This document shows, piece by piece, positions 60,801-64,000 of a stretch of 64,000 nucleotides of DNA (within the stretch, counting starts at the first letter, position 1; the number at the start of each line of letters is the position of its first letter). The position numbers and the translations under genes are program-made. Where the stretch lies: positions 3,104,001-3,168,000 of the forward strand of contig OY970309.1 of the NCBI GenBank assembly GCA_963716395.1, in the 5' to 3' direction. The notes under the pieces are model-generated. The model ran no database searches and was not told where the DNA came from. It saw nothing but the letters and a program-made list of their open reading frames with translations. Source of the DNA: an uncultured Fibrobacteria bacterium (lineage in GTDB: Bacteria > Fibrobacterota > Fibrobacteria > UBA11236).

Positions 60801-61784
60801 GAAGGTATCGCTTGAACCATCGCAAACCACCGGCGGCCCGGCGGGTCGGGGCAAGGCCTGGCCCAGGGCATGGCGAAAGGCCGCAAAGCGCCGGCTGGGC
60901 AGGCGGATTTCTTCGAGGTGCACTCCCTGCAACCCCCAGGAGTCGCGCTGCAGAGGCAGTTCGGCCTCCTGGCAATTATCGTAGAAGCGTGTGAAGTCGT
61001 TGAATTCCACTTCGGCGGCATGCAGGAGGTTGGCCTGCAAATTGTGGTTGAGATGATAACCTTCCAATTCCTCTTCCAAGGACCGAGGCGGTCCGCCGTG
61101 CAGAAAAAGCCTTCGCGCGAGATTCGCGTCGACATGCCAGCCGAGACGCATGGCTTCGTCGAATCCCTGGATGTTGAACAGCGTGGACCGCGGCACGAGC
61201 TGAAAATCGCCGCACGAGTCGAATCCGATGTCGGTTTTGTGCCGGCAGATTTCCTTGAGGTGAAAGCGCACGGCCCATTCCGCGATGTTGCGGTTGCATT
61301 CTTCCACCCGGGTGCGGTCGAGGCTTTCCCACAGCCATTCGGGAATGTTGTAACGCGGCAACAAATAGTGATGGGGCGCGAGGCGCGCGGCCAGTTCCGA
61401 GAGCGAACGTCCGGCGTGCTTGGGGATGAAGACCAGGTCGCTGTTGGTGCTCAGCACCCAGGGGTTTTCCGGCCGGGTGCGGCGCAAGGCCACGTTGCGG
61501 CTAAAGGCTTCGAGAGCCGGCAGTTTGGAATTGGGAAAACGTTCGCGGAACGACGGCGCGGGTATGCGAATCACCCGGATGCGGGCGCGCGCCGCGGGTG
61601 TGAGAATGTCTTGCAGCACCTCGGGAAAGGTGGGCAGCCCTTCAGGCGTGTTGCAATCGGCGAAAACGATTTCGTCGTCGGGATGGGTAAGTAACTCGGC
61701 CAAAGTGTTGAAAAAAATCACGGCGCGTTTGTGTAGATTGTACCCATGCGAATCGTTACGGCCGTAAATAATGACGGAGATCAT
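57825..61784 (-). CDS. Very large multi-domain glycosyltransferase (GT2-like + GT4 + GT4)
   Basis: N-terminal ISVIIYGRND...RNVALRR...STNSD; middle RKNP...SLHRAEGLG; C-terminal RKNQ...LPSWYELPG..TLEA. Confidence 0.85.
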   Translation of the reverse strand: MISVIIYGRNDSHGYNLHKRAVIFFNTLAELLTHPDDEIVFADCNTPEGLPTFPEVLQDILTPAARARIRVIRIPAPSFRERFPNSKLPALEAFSRNVALRRTRPENPWVLSTNSDLVFIPKHAGRSLSELAARLAPHHYLLPRYNIPEWLWESLDRTRVEECNRNIAEWAVRFHLKEICRHKTDIGFDSCGDFQLVPRSTLFNIQGFDEAMRLGWHVDANLARRLFLHGGPPRSLEEELEGYHLNHNLQANLLHAAEVEFNDFTRFYDNCQEAELPLQRDSWGLQGVHLEEIRLPSRRFAAFRHALGQALPRPAGPPVVCDGSSDTFNSNLFYATERVVPYLANFIAALEPGTRIAYFGVHGELVAALHRFLSASEHPHQLLVSREMCRLSLEMEQKGEALALDELEERADLFVIDVFLGDFIPSPPPERLQEVLQEHRLQLYAQAVLMAVRELSRREVKRLQQHRFPRRFIFLGHQGTEFEGYLTQDFRFTLGPFNDHVHFAMARDKAEAGSENQGQADGAAQTETPDAVKAPVAVPTWKPVPTAKTLGFNVIGYFTGNFGLGMSGRVTVHLLQALGYPVACLDIDAGSQRSKQEACPEIPLWDPAQPMPYSINLFQMNPIEVGGLLKQGHPALRMGGAMNVIVPFWELSRIPGNWLPVLESMDLILAPTRFVQDAIVASVNGTPVRFYEQMIEIPEQPAATPRGRFELPEDALIFGFAFDFTSVIERKNPLGVIEAFLNAFRGRSDVLLVLKMNNAHSAAMHAETARRIQQLGEQHPNLRFINRSLSYAEVLELTQCWDVYVSLHRAEGLGNGLMESMSFGKVAMATAWSGNMEFMNENNSVLVGHRMVGVQKDSLYNFCLNGETDHVWAEPDLEDASLWMRRLAEDPELRRRLGAQAESDMRARRARVRLGETFALVERFHEHWNYRRNLTAGPTIPGARSAAMRVLFQNRISANAAPGGDTVVMDRYRSYLQTRGVHVDTIHDATADPAQYDLVHLYNLVLPKTIEPLARRVQESGVPFVVQAFQENQSFYLGRSITLYRLLLAYMQKNQDKALLPRYLELMKLAESLPTDTSAFAANHARAVICTSGEERDFLLSLHPAAQALVCMHGAQVSPEEVGPELFEKAHGLRDFVLCVGRLEARKNQLALLAALEDDDIPVVLADGGVCYSPDYSNICRVFRRKGRTLYTGRLSPRMLISAYRAAKVHVLPSWYELPGLVTLEAALYGCNVAASPHGGIREYLGDTCLYFEPEDLPGMRRAVLQALEAPKTGAAAQAARPFTWEKSGEKIYRLYQDILAGKSAVSGAQPTPEFSLAH

Positions 61785-61924
61785 GGAATCCTTTCTAAAA
61801 CAGCCACGTCCGTGCGACCAGGGGGTTCTCGTTGGATGCCGACGGAAACGAGGGCTCAATCATATTGCATGTGCCGCGCTTCGGCGTCGGAGAGCGCGTT
61901 TCCCGTTCACGGTTTATTATAGGA

Positions 61925-61953
61925 GTATCGGCAGATCGAAGCCCAGTGCTTAA
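61925..61953 (-). promoter_or_regulatory. Putative sigma28-type promoter
   Basis: Minus strand TTAAG-N16-GCCGATAC, 140 nt upstream of the large glycosyltransferase. Confidence 0.4.
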
Positions 61954-61994
61954 GTGGGATGCGTCGCGACTTCAAGCGAAACCGCAAGGCGCGC

Positions 61995-63521
61995 TCAAAG
62001 TTCTTCCAGAACCCCGGCCATTTGGTCCAGGCTCTCCAGCAAAATGGGATCGCGGGCGCGCAACAGGCTGCGCATTTGATCCGCCAGGTCCTTTCTGCCC
62101 AGACCTTCCGCGGACCGCGCCAGGTGCCAATAGATGCGCAATTCCGGAAATCCGTTTTGAATGGCTTCGGTATACTCCACCACGGCCCTATCATGCCGGC
62201 CGTTTCGAGCCGCCACCAAGGCCGCCCAGAAGTTCAACCAGGCATCGCGGGGAAAGCTGGCTTTATAGGCGTCGATCGCGCTGCGGGCTGCCAACGTGCT
62301 GCAGCGCGCAATCTCCCAATCGGCCTGCAACGCCTCGTCCGTGATGGGTGAATAGCGGCTGAGCCCAAACGGTCCGGAAAATTCACCGAGCGATCGCAGC
62401 AGGAGGTCGAACCCCGCCTCGCGCGAATTTGTCCCTCCCCAGGCCGGCCGCGTTCTTTTGGGCTTCGTCATCAATTGCGACAACACGGAGTTCAGTTTTT
62501 GCGCGGCGTTGCCGGCTCCGAAAATCTGGCGTGCGTATTCGGCCGCGTTGGAGCCCAGTCGCTGCCGCTCCTCGGGATGATGGTATAGAAATTCTATGGC
62601 CTCGGCATATTCCCGTTCGGAATGAACGATGAGTCCGGTGTAATCGTGCACCACCAAGCAACGCACGCCGCCGTAAGGAAAAACCACGGGAGGAATGCCG
62701 GCGTACATGACTTCCTGCAAATTCAGTTCCGAAGCGGCATACGTGTCTTCGCACAGAGGATATCCGTAGACATCGGTGACTTCAAGCACCGGACGGATAT
62801 CGGGCACTATTCCGAAGAAATGAAAACGTCCGCCCTGCCCAGCAGCCCGCGCCTCGGCGGTGAGCGGCGCCACGGCATCGCCCCCGCCGCAGATGAGAAA
62901 ACGGGATTCCGGCACCCGGATGTCGAGCGACATGCGCACGTACCGACGGTGGATTTTCACAAAATCGACCGACCCGATAAAGCCGATGTTGAATCCCTCG
63001 TGGGGCTTGAGTTGCAAACCCTTGAGCCGATCAAAGTCCGCCGCACCGTAAATCATGCGCACCTTTTCCAGACGCTCGCTCGGATCCATTTCCTGGAAAA
63101 CCTTTTGTTCCAGATAGGAATACGGGCTGCAGGGAATGTTGAAATCGGCAAACTCGATCAACTCACGGGTGATGATATGGGGCACGGTGTTTCCGGCCAC
63201 GTGGTAAAAAATCGCCAGCCGGCACGCCGGGAGCGGTTCGGAAAGAAAGCGCATCATTTCCGGGTGGTTCCACCAATGGATGAGGAAAACGTCGGCCCTC
63301 TCGATTTCAGCCAGCAACTCGGCCCGTGTGGTGGTAGTCACCACGCGTACGCCGGACGCTTGCGCCAGGGCCGCCGCGTCGGGCTGCGGCGGCCGCAGGG
63401 AGGCTACAGCATGTTCGTATCCTCCGGCTACGGCGGAATATTTGGCGGTAGCCAGCAAGGCGCGGCAGGCCCCGCCCAAGGACACTTCATGAATGAGATG
63501 GAGAACCCGGATCACGAACAC
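61995..63521 (-). CDS. GT4 glycosyltransferase with C-terminal TPR
   Basis: RVLHLI...GGA, IGFIG, ELNLQEVMYAGIP, TPR-like tail. Confidence 0.85.
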   Translation of the reverse strand: MFVIRVLHLIHEVSLGGACRALLATAKYSAVAGGYEHAVASLRPPQPDAAALAQASGVRVVTTTTRAELLAEIERADVFLIHWWNHPEMMRFLSEPLPACRLAIFYHVAGNTVPHIITRELIEFADFNIPCSPYSYLEQKVFQEMDPSERLEKVRMIYGAADFDRLKGLQLKPHEGFNIGFIGSVDFVKIHRRYVRMSLDIRVPESRFLICGGGDAVAPLTAEARAAGQGGRFHFFGIVPDIRPVLEVTDVYGYPLCEDTYAASELNLQEVMYAGIPPVVFPYGGVRCLVVHDYTGLIVHSEREYAEAIEFLYHHPEERQRLGSNAAEYARQIFGAGNAAQKLNSVLSQLMTKPKRTRPAWGGTNSREAGFDLLLRSLGEFSGPFGLSRYSPITDEALQADWEIARCSTLAARSAIDAYKASFPRDAWLNFWAALVAARNGRHDRAVVEYTEAIQNGFPELRIYWHLARSAEGLGRKDLADQMRSLLRARDPILLESLDQMAGVLEEL

Positions 63522-63607
63522 TCCCGATGGATCGTATCGATCCTAGCATGCCGTGGCCGTGCGTGTACAGATGTGGTATAGTGGCCACGGAACCCTTTTG
63601 AATTCGC

Positions 63608-64000
63608 ATGCGCATCTCCGATCTGACCCGCCGGGCCGAAACCGCCTCCCAACCCCAATCCGATGGGGACGGGGCGCTGGACGATTTTCTGGAGATTTAT
63701 TCTCGGCGTCCCATTCGCGACAACAGCGGCGGCATGAAATCGGTGGGCATGTTCGCCGTCTATTCACTGCTGCAAAAGATTAATCCCTTGCATGTCATTG
63801 AAAGCGGAATCTGGAAAGGCCAAAGCACCTGGCTGATCGAGCAAGCGCTGCCGCAATGTTCCATCGTGAGTTTGGATCCGAATCTGGGTCTGCGCGAATA
63901 TCTCTCCCCGCGCGCCGTATATTCTCCGCGCGATTTTCTTTCGCTCGACGCCGCGGAACTGGGAATCGCCGCCGGACCGACGCTGGTTTTTTTCGACGAT
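63608..64000 (+). CDS. SAM-dependent methyltransferase-like protein, 3'-truncated by the window (absent from the ORF track)
   Basis: Manual translation MRISDL...FLEIYSRRPIRDNSGGM...VIESGIWKGQSTWL...SLDP...LVFFDD, open to the window end. Confidence 0.75.
   Translation, partial: MRISDLTRRAETASQPQSDGDGALDDFLEIYSRRPIRDNSGGMKSVGMFAVYSLLQKINPLHVIESGIWKGQSTWLIEQALPQCSIVSLDPNLGLREYLSPRAVYSPRDFLSLDAAELGIAAGPTLVFFDD

Overview
High-GC (roughly 60-65%) Gram-negative chromosomal segment, probably FCB group and most like Fibrobacterota; this is an inference from the C-terminal sorting-domain proteins, the GH11 xylanase and the TPR/lipoprotein content. It is mostly housekeeping: gpmI, gcvT, ftsK, thiC with a TPP riboswitch, yebC-ruvC-ruvA and ruvB, rpoZ-coaBC-udg-dnaB-mlaEF-radA, tgt, birA, pyrB, prkA-yeaH-spoVR, dapL, three tRNAs (Ala-CGC, Gln-CTG, Ser-GGA) and a heterodimeric ABC exporter. 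Less ordinary elements: (i) two large TPR proteins plus a small GltF/CglF-like protein, resembling the periplasmic part of an Agl-Glt machinery; (ii) a Ca-binding-repeat lipoprotein paired with a TraF/PorV/FadL-like beta-barrel, near two proteins with T9SS-like C-terminal domains; (iii) two antisense toxin-antitoxin modules between ruvA and ruvB; (iv) a TAnnnT-N6/7-start pattern with no RBS before about 11 genes, suggesting leaderless mRNAs; (v) a UBA/EF-Ts-like helical insert in YeaH; (vi) pirin and BrnT gene remnants, a frameshifted barrel gene and a likely non-canonical start; (vii) a very large three-module glycosyltransferase behind a sigma28-like box. No CRISPR array, integrase, transposase or prophage was seen. 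All family assignments come from motif recognition by eye; no database search was run.
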